DNA of 64,000 bases from Leucoraja erinacea (GCF_028641065.1 NC_073390.1:52824001-52888000), one strand, 5' to 3'. Numbered from the stretch's first letter, positions 50,592 through 62,410 are shown. Made by a program: numbers and translations. The notes: a model not told the origin generated them from the letters alone.

Positions 50592-51710
50592 GTGGTCACT
50601 CTCGGCCTCCCCACTGTCACATGTGCCTGGATTAAGGATTTCCTCACAAACCGGCCCCAGACTGTGAGACTTGGCCCCCACCTCTCCTCCACTCGCAGGT
50701 TGAGTACCGGTTCCCCACAGGGCTGTGTGCTAAGCCCCCTCTTATACTGTCTCTACACCTACGACTGTGGTCCGGCCCACAACAACAACCGCATCGTCAA
50801 ATTTGCTGACGACACTACTGTGGTCGGACTTATTTCAAAGGGAGACGAGGCAGCCTACAGAGAGGAAGTCCTGAAGTTGACAACCTGGTGCTCAGAAAAC
50901 AATCTGGCTCTGAACACCAGGAAAACAAAAGAGCTCATTGTCGACTTCAGGAGGCACAGCACCGACTTAGCCCCCCTACACATCAACGGCGAGTGTGTGG
51001 AGAGGGTCAACACCTTCCGGTTTCTCGGCGTCCATATCGCGGCTGACATCTCCTGGACGGACAACACGACAGCGGTCATCAAGAAGGCTCAGCAGCGGCT
51101 GCACTTCCTGAGGGTCCTCAGGAAGCACAACCTAGACTCTAACCTGCTGCTGACCTTCTACCGCTCGTCCATCGAGAGCCTGCTGACATACTGCATTACA
51201 GCATGGTATGGCAGCTGCACCATGGCAGACAGGGAGAGGCTTCAGAGGGTAACCAGGACAGCGCAGAGGATCATTGGTTGCCCTCTCCCCTCCCTGATGG
51301 ACATCTACACCTCCCGCTGCCTTAGCAGGGCAAAGAAGATCACCAAAGACAGCTCCCATCCTGCGTTTGGACTGTTCGACCTGCTGCCCTCTGGAAGGCG
51401 CTATAGGTGCATCAAATCCAGGACAAACAGACTCAGGAATAGCTGCTTCCCGAGAATTATATCTACCATGAATTCAAATCCACACATTCACTGACTACAC
51501 CGCCCAACACGGACTTCCATCTGTATATATGTATATATGTATGTAGCGCCGTAGAATTTGTGCACCTATTCCCCCCCCATCTCCCTTCTGTTTTGTTTTC
51601 TGTTTCTTTTTTTTTGTGTAAAATTGTATGTATGCACTGAGTACGAGCAGCTTTCAGTTTCACTGTACATGTATAGTGACAATAAATGGCATATCTATAT
51701 CTATCTATCA
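50592..51710 (+). mobile_element. Rex1/Babar LINE, 5'-truncated, with an open 300-aa RT C-terminal frame
   Basis: [40 protein letters not shown]; tail gacaataaa..(tatc)n; sits inside a minus-strand Rex-type tail (about 50560-51900). Confidence 0.93.
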
Positions 51711-52464
51711 TATCTATGTGTAGAGCAAAAAGCTTTTTTGTTACGTGTTATCCAGTTGGTGAAAAGACAAGCCATGATTACAATCGAGCCGTCCACAATG
51801 TACAGATACAGGATAAAGGGGAGAATGTTTAGTACAAGCTAAAGTCCAGTAAAGTCCGATTAAAGATAGTTCGAAGGTCTTCAATGAGGTAGTTGAGAGA
51901 TTAGGACCTCTCTCTGGTTGGTGTATGGGGTCCAATGAACAACCTGGCAAATGTATTTTTTTGAACAATGTGGGAAAAGGGTGGAGAACAGAAATGGGAG
52001 TTGGAAGGAGGACAAATTAAGCACAGAAAAAGAAAAGCAAAGATTGAAAGCAGAAAGGTACAAACGTTAAAAAAAAAAAGTAGGCTAAGAGGCCATGTTA
52101 ATCTACTTGTTTGCTGGTCCTCGTGATTTTACATGCTGTGTAAATGTGTAAAATGTACCATTGTTCTTGTACAGTATCTGCATTATCATCATGAACAGGA
52201 ACAGTAGAACAGCTTTCACAGGATCCTGAGATTGATGGATGTCAAACGACCAAAATCCATTGAACATTTGCCCTTCAACCCTGATAGTAATACAATGCAA
52301 CTATATGGAGCGTCGTAACTAAAATGCTGAAAGTTAGATAACAAAAACATAAATTAATTTTCAAGAGCAATTCAAACTTTCAGGGGTGTGACTCCCATTT
52401 TTTTCTCTCCTTTCTGGACCAAAGTTGAGAGCATTCCATTTCAGACAATGTTTGTACAGAGATA

Positions 52465-52855
52465 CAAGGATCTGCAGGCGACGGTTTACAAAAAAAAAAT
52501 TTCACAAAGTGCTGGAGTAACTCAGCGGGCCAGTCAACATTTCTGGGAACGTGGATGGGTGACGTTTTGACTTCAGACTGTGGAACGGTCCCGATTCGAA
52601 ATGTTTTGTGTTGGAACCCTTCTTCAATTTGACCAGATTCACATGTGCTAATGTATCAACCCTCAATGCACCAATATCGCATGACACAACAACTTTCAGT
52701 GGAAAGGTTCATGATGAAGTTGGAATCTGTTTGGGCTTTTGTGGCCAGTGGAATGGGTGATCTGTCTGAAGAAGGATCTCGACCCAAAACGTCCTTCTCT
52801 CCAGAGATGCTGCCTGTCCCGCTGAGTTACTCCAGCATTTTGTGTCTATCTTTGG
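52465..52855. mobile_element. PLE-derived arms (inverted, degenerate)
   Basis: gctggagtaactcagcggg.. and ctgaagaaggatctcgacccaaaacgtc at 52766. Confidence 0.7.
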
Positions 52856-53007
52856 CAGAATGGTTGGAGTTGTTTTAGCTCTTATGGAAGTCAACCGTTT
52901 TTCCTCACTGCAAAATCTGTGGACAATTATTGATCAGACATTGATGGGCATTAATTCATTGTTATTTTCCAGTAATCTTGCAGACCTCACGGTACAGAGT
53001 AGAATTA

Positions 53008-53233
53008 TGCCCCTGTCCCACTTAGGAAAGCTGAACGGAAACCTCTGGAGACTTTGCGCCCCACCCAAGGTTTCCGTGCGGTTCCCGGAGGTTTTTGTCA
53101 GTCTCCCTACCTGTTTCCACGACCTGCCACCTCCGGCAACCACCTGCAACCTCTGGGAACTGCACGGAAACCTTGGGTGGGGCGCAAAGTTTCCACAGGT
53201 TTCCGTTCAGGTTTCCTAAGCGGAACAGGGGCA
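53008..53233. mobile_element. Palindromic MITE, same family as 36961-37186, opposite orientation
   Basis: tgcccctgtcccacttagg..cctaagcggaacaggggca; flanks tta/taa. Confidence 0.88.
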
Positions 53234-54579
53234 TAACTGATCAAATTGAGAATGCATGCTTTCTTCTTTGGCCCTTTGGCTGGCAGAGAGAGCAATTATA
53301 AAATAACAGAAGAAATCAACGTAGTTACTTTGATTGTACAGATTATGCAGCTCCCATGTAGCAATAAACAATCTTAATCTTTTAAAGTCAAAGTATTTAC
53401 TCTGATTGCTTTTCATCTCTGCAGTATTTTGTTGGTGAGCATTAAAATTAATACAACTGTTATTGATTTTGCAATAATGCATTTTGTTCTAAATTGGACC
53501 CTCTATCTATCTTGTTTGCAATGCTATCACTGAACAAGTAGATCAAATTATTTAGAAATATAGCTAGCAGATAAGGAAATTGTGAAGACATTTTGAATAT
53601 ACATTTCAACGACTAATTTGGAGTAGGAATTGTTTCTTCCAAGAAGACAAATGAGTCTGTTGACAGCACAGAATAAGCTAACAAGATGGATATCGTATGG
53701 ACAAGTTAGTACGTTTTGATGAAAACCTGGACAAGCACAAAATTACATTAATTTTATGTGGTTAAATACTACCATATTTCTAATCAGTTTTATATTGAAC
53801 ACGTCAAACATGTATCTTTGTTCAGATAGTTACATACAGAGTACACTACAGAAATAGTGATTCTGTGTTTTAAATGTCCATGTGGTAGAATTTGTTTTAC
53901 TGAGTGTTTTACTTGGCTGTGAAATGGTTTAACATTCACTGTAAGAACAAATGTTTTTAGTCCTCTCATTGACTAGAATGACTGTAAATTATATAAAGCA
54001 AAATAAGTATATTTATAATTTTTTCGGTGTAACCAGTCAACATGCTGGACTGCTTTATACTTTAAATTTAGTAACAACTGCAGCGAAATCTGCGTCTAAG
54101 TAAAATTAAATATTTTCCTTGCTACTCTGCTCGGAAACATTTAGTTTGTTTCCAGTAAAGGCCAGGTCTGAAGGCTAACATCATTACACTCAGTATCTGT
54201 GATACAATAGCAGTGTTCCATTCTAAAAATGGTTCCTTTTAGCAAGTTCTACAGATGCAAGGAATTCATTAGATTTCAAGATGATCAGAAAGTCAACTTT
54301 GCCTGACCTATGGTTATTGATCTGTCGAAGTTCATGCGAACACATGTTGAGTTTCATGCATAGAGTGGCATAACTGGTTTAATTTGACTGTGAATACAGG
54401 AATGCATGCAAAGTGGGTTCGAGATGATTGAAAATGATATCTTCTGTAAGTACATATTGCATCTCTACATACTTCATATTCAGTTTGTTATTTTGCAATA
54501 TAGGTGCTGTGCTTCTGTGGGTAAATATGATAGCTGTGTTCAATATTATCGAGACCAATAATATAGCCCTCGTAGTGTT

Positions 54580-54810
54580 GATTGAGAGAGGAGCACTGGT
54601 CAGAAAAGCCGATTGCTCAACTTCGAACAACACCATGGGTAGCATTCTTCATGACCAGGCAGTTCTCTGTTAACTCCCCAATTATGGCACATCCAAGAGG
54701 TTAGCATTTCCTCATAAGTAAACTATTGTGCCAGCCTAGATCAGGTCTAAGACAAACATTGGAACTCACAATTCCCGAACACAGATGAGGGAGACCACCA
54801 GAGTTGGCAC
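54580..54810 (-). mobile_element. Very old DeuSINE (SacSINE1/AmnSINE1-like) remnant
   Basis: cttcgaacaacaccatggg..ggcacatcc..gtgccagcctagatc..ggaactcacaattcc lines up by eye with the Deu domain and tRNA-like part as I recall them. Confidence 0.5.
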
Positions 54811-55826
54811 ATTTTAACTTGGCTAAATTTTACTTTGTTGAATTGACTACAAATCAAAGGTCAACAGACATTTTATCAAGAATGTTATAATGATTCAGCT
54901 CGTTAAATGCACATTCTCTTATTAATCCTTCTTGAACAGTGTTTTGTTTAAATTCTTCCAGCGTCAGACTTTAGAAATAAGTAAATTAAAACAAAAGGAA
55001 CCCTGCTAATTTATTTAATGTGGGCAAACCATAATATATGCACACCTATAGAACAGTTGGTTCTAAATCCGAGACACTAACTCGTAACATTAATTTTTTT
55101 ATTTTTTTATTTAAAGTATTAATATTTGGTTTTAAGATCTGATAAAATATACTAATACTGCAGTAAAATTGCAATAAAATAACTACTTTGCCAATGTTTG
55201 TTATGCTAACACATGCTTAATTAGTTAGTCAAAGATTGGTGTTTAGTATGTTTTGAATGGCAATTTATCATCTTGTGATGAGCTAATTTCAAATATGATT
55301 GCCATTATAATGCTGTATATCTAACCCTTATCAGTAAACTCCAATCGTTTTTGTAATGTTTTTAAGATTATTACTGTTGTTAAGCCTTCTCAGCTGTAAT
55401 TTCCATGTTCCCGTTGTACACATGATATTATGGTTTAACACTAACCAGTACTTCTGCACCTGTGTTTGGGTGTAACATATCTTTCTGACCTTTTGTTAAC
55501 TGCTCCTCCGTTCCACCACTGCCAGAAACTCAACATTAAAATCTGAAAATAAGTCAATCCTCTGGAGATTTACGATTCAAAAGTAGTTACTTTCCTCTGC
55601 CACCTGTTTCGTCAAATAACGAGTTAATATTTTGTAAAGTTGCTATTTTCCCCGTAAGCTTGCTTTCTTTCAATACCTTCGTACAGAAGCGAGATAGTTG
55701 CCGTGATCAGCAACACCAAATGCCACTCTTCAAAATGGGAAAGGAGAAAAGTGAGCATTCTTCAGCATCCATTAGTGGTATACCTATGACGTGAAAGCTA
55801 ATCATGTTGCTTATAGTTCATTGTTC

Positions 55827-56780
55827 GTTGCTCAGTGCATTTTCTGACTCACATGATGGTGTAAAAAGTTTAAAAATTGAGCTCTCTTTCCTCCCTGGAT
55901 AAATTTATGGATTACTTTGCGAAAAATACATTTGGACTTCAATGCCAGTCAAAGGCTGGAAAAACATGTGATATTTTCTTAAGGGTAAAAATAATTGATT
56001 CGGGTTTCCTAATTTTTATTTTAGCTGCCCAATTTCCTTTTCTTTATACTCACAATAAATAGAAATGAGTATCATATTAAAATGCTAATTCTAAATCAGA
56101 AAGTAGAATGCACAAGTCTTAAGAGAACTCTTTACGCATTGTGCACTGATCGCATTGCTCAGCCTTCCCCATTAGGTGTGAAGACATTTTTTCCTGGGCT
56201 TAATGAAACTCGAACGCTGTTGACGGTTTTAGATTTCTTTGCACCACTCAGTCCAGCTGCCTTGCATTGGTTTACTGTTTTCTGCAGAGACCCAATTATC
56301 ATCACCTAATTAATGCTGTACAAGGAAAAGCATTTCCCAACTGAATTGAAGACTCTGAGCAATGTGGTGCACAATGAGTGAAAAGTTCTCTTAAGACTTA
56401 TGGATTCTGCTTTCTGACCTTTTAATATGATACCAATTTCTAGTTATTGCAAATATAAAACAAAGGTAATTGGGGAGCTAAAAAAAAGGGGAAATCAGAA
56501 GAAATTCGTTTTACCCTTAAGAAGATAACAATTGCTTTTCCAGCCTTCTTTGACTGGCGTGAAAGTTCAAATGTATTTTTCAAAAAGTTATGAGTGCATT
56601 TATTCGGGAAGGAAAGAAAGCTACATTTGTAACTTTCTCCACCATCAAGTGAGTAAGGAAATGGTCACTTGAGCAACAAAGAGAAGCTTGATGGTGTAAA
56701 AACTTTCCTTCCTCAATAAATGCACATAACCTTTTTGACAATGCCTTTTGACATTGGGCATAAATTCTAAAAAGGCTGCT
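55827..56780. repeat. Diverged long inverted repeat with a third partial arm
   Basis: 55827-56205 is the reverse complement of 56309-56677 (e.g. aagtcttaagagaact / agttctcttaagactt); 56687-56780 is a further partial copy. Confidence 0.85.
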
Positions 56781-58874
56781 TAGACACAACTTTAGGCATT
56801 GCATTGACTTGGTATTCCCACTGTGGCACTTCTGTTAGGCAGCATTTCTGTCTAACTATTTTAGGAAGCAGTATTAAAAAAATACTCGCCACTTAGAATA
56901 AAATAATGCCTCGATAATAATACAAAAACATTTCTCATTATTTGTAAGATAAAATAATGCAAAATTGATTCCCTGCAATCCCAGGATCAGGACACAATCT
57001 ACGGTGTTACAGGGAATGATTCCTGTTCACTTTTCTTGCCTTGACATCGGTCTTTTACTGTAGCCGACCTTGAAGGATTAGATTACTTGCACTGAGTCTA
57101 CAGTTTTTCTTTAGCAAATAAAATGGGGTTTTTTCTCAAGCTCTCTCAGCCAGTAAAATTATTTGGTATCATTGTTTAATAGACTAGATTAAGCAGAGCA
57201 ACTATGATTTCAACATAAAGCTAAATGTGAAAAAAAGAACAGATAAAATGTTAAAAAACAAGAAGATACATAACAGGATGAGAGGCATTAATTACGATGA
57301 TTGTCGCTGCATCAACAAAAGTCCAATGGAGATTGATTCTAATCATAATAATCTGCGGAAATGCATGTTATCAATGTAGGGAACCTCTCCCCGTTCAAGA
57401 CTGTTTCTTACTCATGTGTGGTTGCTAGAAGGCATCTTATTAACAGGAATCAGAATAGGACATCTCTGGGGGTGCTTGCTTGGATTGTGAGCAGAACACT
57501 TCCTGTGGTCCAGTTCTCCTCCTGGGAAGGGATTAAGATTTGGTACCTAGATTCAACTGGTGTCCTGTTTACCTTTGCCACACACAGATTATCTTCCTGA
57601 AAAAATACATGCTAAAGCATGCATCTGTATTTAGTTAGAAAACAAGGTGCTAAACTCTGTGGCAAAGATTCCAGGAATTCTGGCCGGGATATCACAATTT
57701 AACTTAACATCTAAACTCAAAAGATCAACAATTTTCAATTTACTTAAGACCATTCTGGCAACAAGTTGCAATAGATTTGTTGAGTTGTAAATAATAAATT
57801 AAAAATGGTCTTATTTGTGTTTTTTTTTAAATGCTAACGCTAATGTACAGGAGAGATCTGTTGATTATCTGGTACACCTTCTTTCATTTCCTTCTCCCTT
57901 TGCAAAACCGATGTGACTAACAGATGCGATAAATATGCTTCTGGATGAATTAAGAGTCAAGAGTCAAGAGTATTTATTATCCTATGTACCGAAAGCAGAA
58001 CAGTGAAATTCAGGAGGGGGCTGCAATATTAGAATTGTTTCATTTGAAAATAAATTAAAGACCCCGATTTTTGTTTTTCACAGTGCCGTTTTGCATACTG
58101 GGGATTATCACTGACACCAGGGGTCAGAATTGTTAGTATGAACAAAGATACTGGAGCAAAGCCATAGCTGGGTCAGGTCGCTGTTGGATAATCCCATAGG
58201 GTTTCTCTTTAGGCTGCTGCCACCAAGAAGTTCTGAAGATGGGAAAGGAAAGGGGTTGAACGAAAAGTCCCAGCAAACAAGAAAGCAAATGTGTTGTCAA
58301 TTAGCAGAAATATAAACAAAGTTTATTAAAAAGCCCAGTAATAACTCCTTTCGAAATTTAACACAAAAGGCAGATTATGTGGCAACGGACACAAGGCAGA
58401 ATTTTGCACTAAACATCACTGGAGGTTTGACGCTGCCAGTACTGAACCTGCGGCAAGAGAAAACAAACAACCAAAGTGCTACATGGATACACACTTTGTA
58501 GAACTTAGAATGTCAAATATTGGATAATCTAATGAACTATTACAAACAGTGCTTCAGACACTGGCCACATTTAGTGCTTACAGCGAGATTTCATTTTAAT
58601 AGAATTCCAGTAAGGACTCAAATGAAAATAAATGGTGAGATTAAGTAGATCAACAGCAGTTGTAACAAGAGACAGGTGAATGTTGATTAGAGAAAATACT
58701 GTAGATTTTTGTCCACTTCATTGTGTGGATTTGGCAGGAAACATTATAACAGTGTTGAAAGAAAAATAATTATCTTCAGTCATTCTAGTCATTGAATTTA
58801 CCTTCATATTTACCTTTACAAATGGAATAGCTGAGGATTTATAATGGATAAATAACCTCTTTAATTGTGTTTTT

Positions 58875-59178
58875 GTGAAGATTTGAAAAATTCTCTTTTA
58901 AGGGGCCTTCTCTCCTATTTCTGCTTTCGACTTTTTCTTTTTTTATATATATATACACTTCACATTTTTCTATTCTTTACCATCTATTTTTCCTCTTTTC
59001 CCCCTTTCTATTATTTTTATTTTTCTTGTCTTGCTTACTTCCTTCTCAAAACATAAAACTAGAGGTTTTACATAGAATGGAATACGGTATGACATAGTTG
59101 GCACCTAAAATTAGGTTCCACTGTACTGTTTTGTACTGTATTCACTTCTAATAAAATTTAAAAAAAAAAAAAAAAAAT
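58875..59178 (+). mobile_element. L1-type 3'UTR with poly(A), 10-bp TSD
   Basis: acttctaataaaa + poly(A); ttgtgttttt at 58865-58874 and 59179-59188; similar in layout to 38003-38300. Confidence 0.7.
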
Positions 59179-59705
59179 TTGTGTTTTTTGTTTTGCATCG
59201 CGCAAATGAAAAACCTTTAATAAAAGTTGAATAATTATTTAATGAATGCGGGTGGGAGGGAGGGGGGGGGGGGAAGAGTTACAGAAAACATATTTCCTTT
59301 CTCAGGCATTTGTAATACCAGGTTACTTTAATTAAAAAGACGTTTTGGAAAGGTTCATCATCAGCCCACATCTTTAGATGTTTAAAAACATTCTTTCATT
59401 TAATATTCCACAATTGGAAAAAATGTAAAGTCCACACAATTAAAAATATATTTTTTCTTGAGATATTTGTGAGAGGAAAGTAATCCCACCTATACGCTAG
59501 TAACGGATAAATGGAGTGCAATGCCATAAATAACTATGATGCACTAAATGGGCATCAATTTAAAAAACTAAATCTGTGATGTATGTGTATTTACAATCAC
59601 ATAACCTCTTTGCAGTTTGAATGAAGGTAGAAAAGATATTTCCAGATCGGGTAAATTTGTGCCTCATTGGGAACTTAATTTTAACCTAATTCCTCATAGC
59701 TGAAA

Positions 59706-60350
59706 TGTTTAAGAAGGAACTGCAGATGCTGGAAAATCGAAGGTACACAAAAATGCTGGAGAAACTCAGCGGGTGCAGCAGCATCTATGGAGCGAAGGAA
59801 ATAGGCAACGTTTCGGGCCAAAATCCTTTGTTTTCACGATAATGTGCCAGATGAACTCAAGGATCATAGCCAACAGATTACATGATATGTGTAGAAAGGA
59901 ACTGCAGATACTGGTATACACCAAAGGTAGACACACTAGGCAATAGACAATAGGTGCAGGAGTAGGCCATTCGGCCCTTCGAAGCCAGCACTGCCATTCA
60001 ATGTGATCGTGGCTGATCATCCCCAATCAGTACCCCGTTCCTGCCTTCTCCCCATATCGCCTGACTCCGCTATTTTTAAGAGCCCTATCTAGCTCTCTCT
60101 TGAAAGCATCCAGAGAACCTGCCTCCACCGCCCTCTACCGAGGCAGAGACACAAAATGCTGGACTAACTCAGCGGGACAGGCAGCATCTCTAGAGAAAAA
60201 GGATGGGTGACGTTTCGGGTCAGGACCCTTCTTCAGATTGATGGTATAGGGGAGGGAACTGGAGGTAAGAAAAAGCCAGAACAAAGCAGATGACCAAGGA
60301 ATGGAGATGCCCATAGTAACCCATTGTTGGCTGGGGTGGAGGTATACTTG
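59706..60350 (-). mobile_element. PLE-derived segments with a nested CR1 tail (59935-60147); best-preserved hammerhead core at 60209-60236
   Basis: Minus strand reads ctgaagaagggtcctgacccgaaacgtcaccc. Confidence 0.75.
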
Positions 60351-60543
60351 ATCAATATGAAATGTTAGGTCTAACGTGGACAGTCAGCTTGTGAATGTCC
60401 TTCTGCATTTCTCTTCATAGTAAAATACAGGCCTCAATGTTTGAAGCCTGACCATCGACCTCTTGGAACTTTACGTAATACAATGATCATTACCTTAAAG
60501 CTGCAGCAGAAACATTGTTAAAACTATTCTCTTTTTCTGAAGA

Positions 60544-60557
60544 CTGCCATCTTGTGG
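60544..60557 (-). promoter_or_regulatory. Candidate CTCF site (reverse)
   Basis: Minus strand ccacaagatggcag, one mismatch to CCASYAGRKGGCRS, in non-repeat DNA. Confidence 0.45.
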
Positions 60558-61182
60558 TGGTGTGTTTGCAGATTACTGTCAAGAAAGTGGCATGTTATTT
60601 CCATACACTTGAGCAAGGAATAGGTTAATAACGTGTTCAGCAATGCAGTAACATTTTTCAAGTTGGGAGAAACATTGTAAGGCAATATAATAAAATGACA
60701 AGCTGTGATTTGATGAAAAACAGATATGTTCGTCCATGGAAATTCGGTGTGCAGTTTGACATAGAAAACGGGTACAATGAACTGACAGCTGGGATTACAC
60801 TCTGCCTAGTTTATTTTCGTTGATTTTAAATATTAGTCGTTGTGTAAAATGTGCTGCTGGTTTTCCATTACTCATTTTCATAGCAAATTTCACTCCCAAA
60901 ATTTATTTCAATGAAATTCAAATATTCCAAATTTTAAACGCATCTACCTGCCAAGGAACAGGCAGAGTGCAAATCAATTATCGAACGCAAAATTGCCTGG
61001 TTCTCTCTCGGCACGCAAGGCTAAAAGTGGGGCTTATCTGCTGCTTTTGTTTAAAGTGAGAAGCGAATGCTGACGTTACGTTAAAACCATTTGATAAAAG
61101 TTGCCTTCAGATTACCAGCACCAAATGGGACGGCAGTATCAACTACTTGCGATACCTTGCTCCTTATATATGGTTCCATTGA

Positions 61183-62063
61183 ATAGAAACATAGAAACAT
61201 AGAAAATAGGTGCAGGAGTAGGCCATTCAGCCCTTCGAGCCTGCACGGCCATTCAATATGATCATGGCTGATCATCCAACTCAGTATCCTGTACCTGCCT
61301 TCTCTCCATACCCCCTCCATACCTCCATATCCCTTTAGCCCAGTGGTTCCCAACGTGAGGCGTACGCCCCACAGGGGGGCAATTTGATTTTTAAGGGGGG
61401 CAATTGAGCGCGACTGAGGAGGTCTGGGTCCAAATTTTCGATTTTTTTTTTTTGGGATTTTCCATCAGGTAAACATATGTAGTTTATGTTTCAGATGTTA
61501 TTTTGAGTAAATATTTTTTTTTTGGGGTAAAAAGGTCTTTATTGTGTAGTTATTACATAATCACCGCGCCATCGCTCTTCATGCACGTCGCACGAAGCGC
61601 GCGAGGTCATCGGAGAACCTTATTTATTGAATTGGATTTAGAAATGCGATTCAAAGAGCTTTTGCTAAGTTACCCTTATAATATCTATTTCCTCCATTTT
61701 CTCTCAGGGGAAAGCAAGGGGCATCAGGATTTTAGAGGTGATTAGGTGGGGAATGGCCAAAAAAAGGTTGGGAACCACTGCTTTAGCCACAAGGGCCACA
61801 TCTAACTCGCTCTTAAATATAGCCAATTAACTGGCTTCAACTACATTCAGTTGCAGAGAATTCCAGCGATTCGCCACACTCTGTGTGAAAAAGGTTTTCC
61901 TCATCTCAGTCCTAAAAGATTTCCCCTTTATCCTTAAACCGTGACTCCTTGTTCTGGACTTCCCCAACATCGGGAACAATCTTCCTGCATCTAGCCTGTC
62001 CAACCCCTTAAGAATTTTGTAAGTTTCTATAAGATCCCCCCTCAATCTTCTAAATTCTAGCGG
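61183..62063 (-). mobile_element. Young CR1 3' end split by a hAT element
   Basis: Reverse tail at 61183; ORF 61827..62045(-) RGDLIETYKILKG.. Confidence 0.9.
61341..61780. mobile_element. Non-autonomous hAT (Charlie-like) DNA transposon, 440 bp
   Basis: 14-bp TIR cagtggttcccaac / gttgggaaccactg; perfect 8-bp TSD ctttagcc at 61333-61340 and 61781-61788. Confidence 0.92.
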
Positions 62064-62314
62064 GTAGCGAATAGTATTGAATCAGGTATTTAATGCCAAC
62101 AAAGACACATTTTTACCCATTTTCCAGTCCCCGGAGTGTTTAGTTGAAATGTGGTTCTGGTCTATATGTAGAAAAATATTTAACACAGAAACAAGAAAAA
62201 AAAACCTGTAGTACATCATCTGGGGATTCACAAACTCTCATTATCTATCAGTTAAAACATTATTGGCTTAACCTGTCACATTAGAACACCAATCTAGACA
62301 AGTTATATTAAGAA

Positions 62315-62410
62315 GTCTGAAGAAGGGTTTCCTTCCCGAAACATCATCCATCCTTTTTCTCCAAAGATGCTGAGTAACTCGCTGAATTACTCCAGCACTT
62401 TGTGCCCATC
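62315..62410 (+). mobile_element. PLE-derived element with hammerhead core
   Basis: ctgaagaagggtttccttcccgaaacatc at 62317. Confidence 0.7.

Noticed and set aside
55255-55310. C/D box snoRNA (gtgatga) or pre-miRNA
   Set aside because: No D box at a suitable distance; stem only 9 bp
58084-58170. Plus-strand acceptor tttgtttttcacag
   Set aside because: All frames stop within about 30 codons and I see no convincing donor
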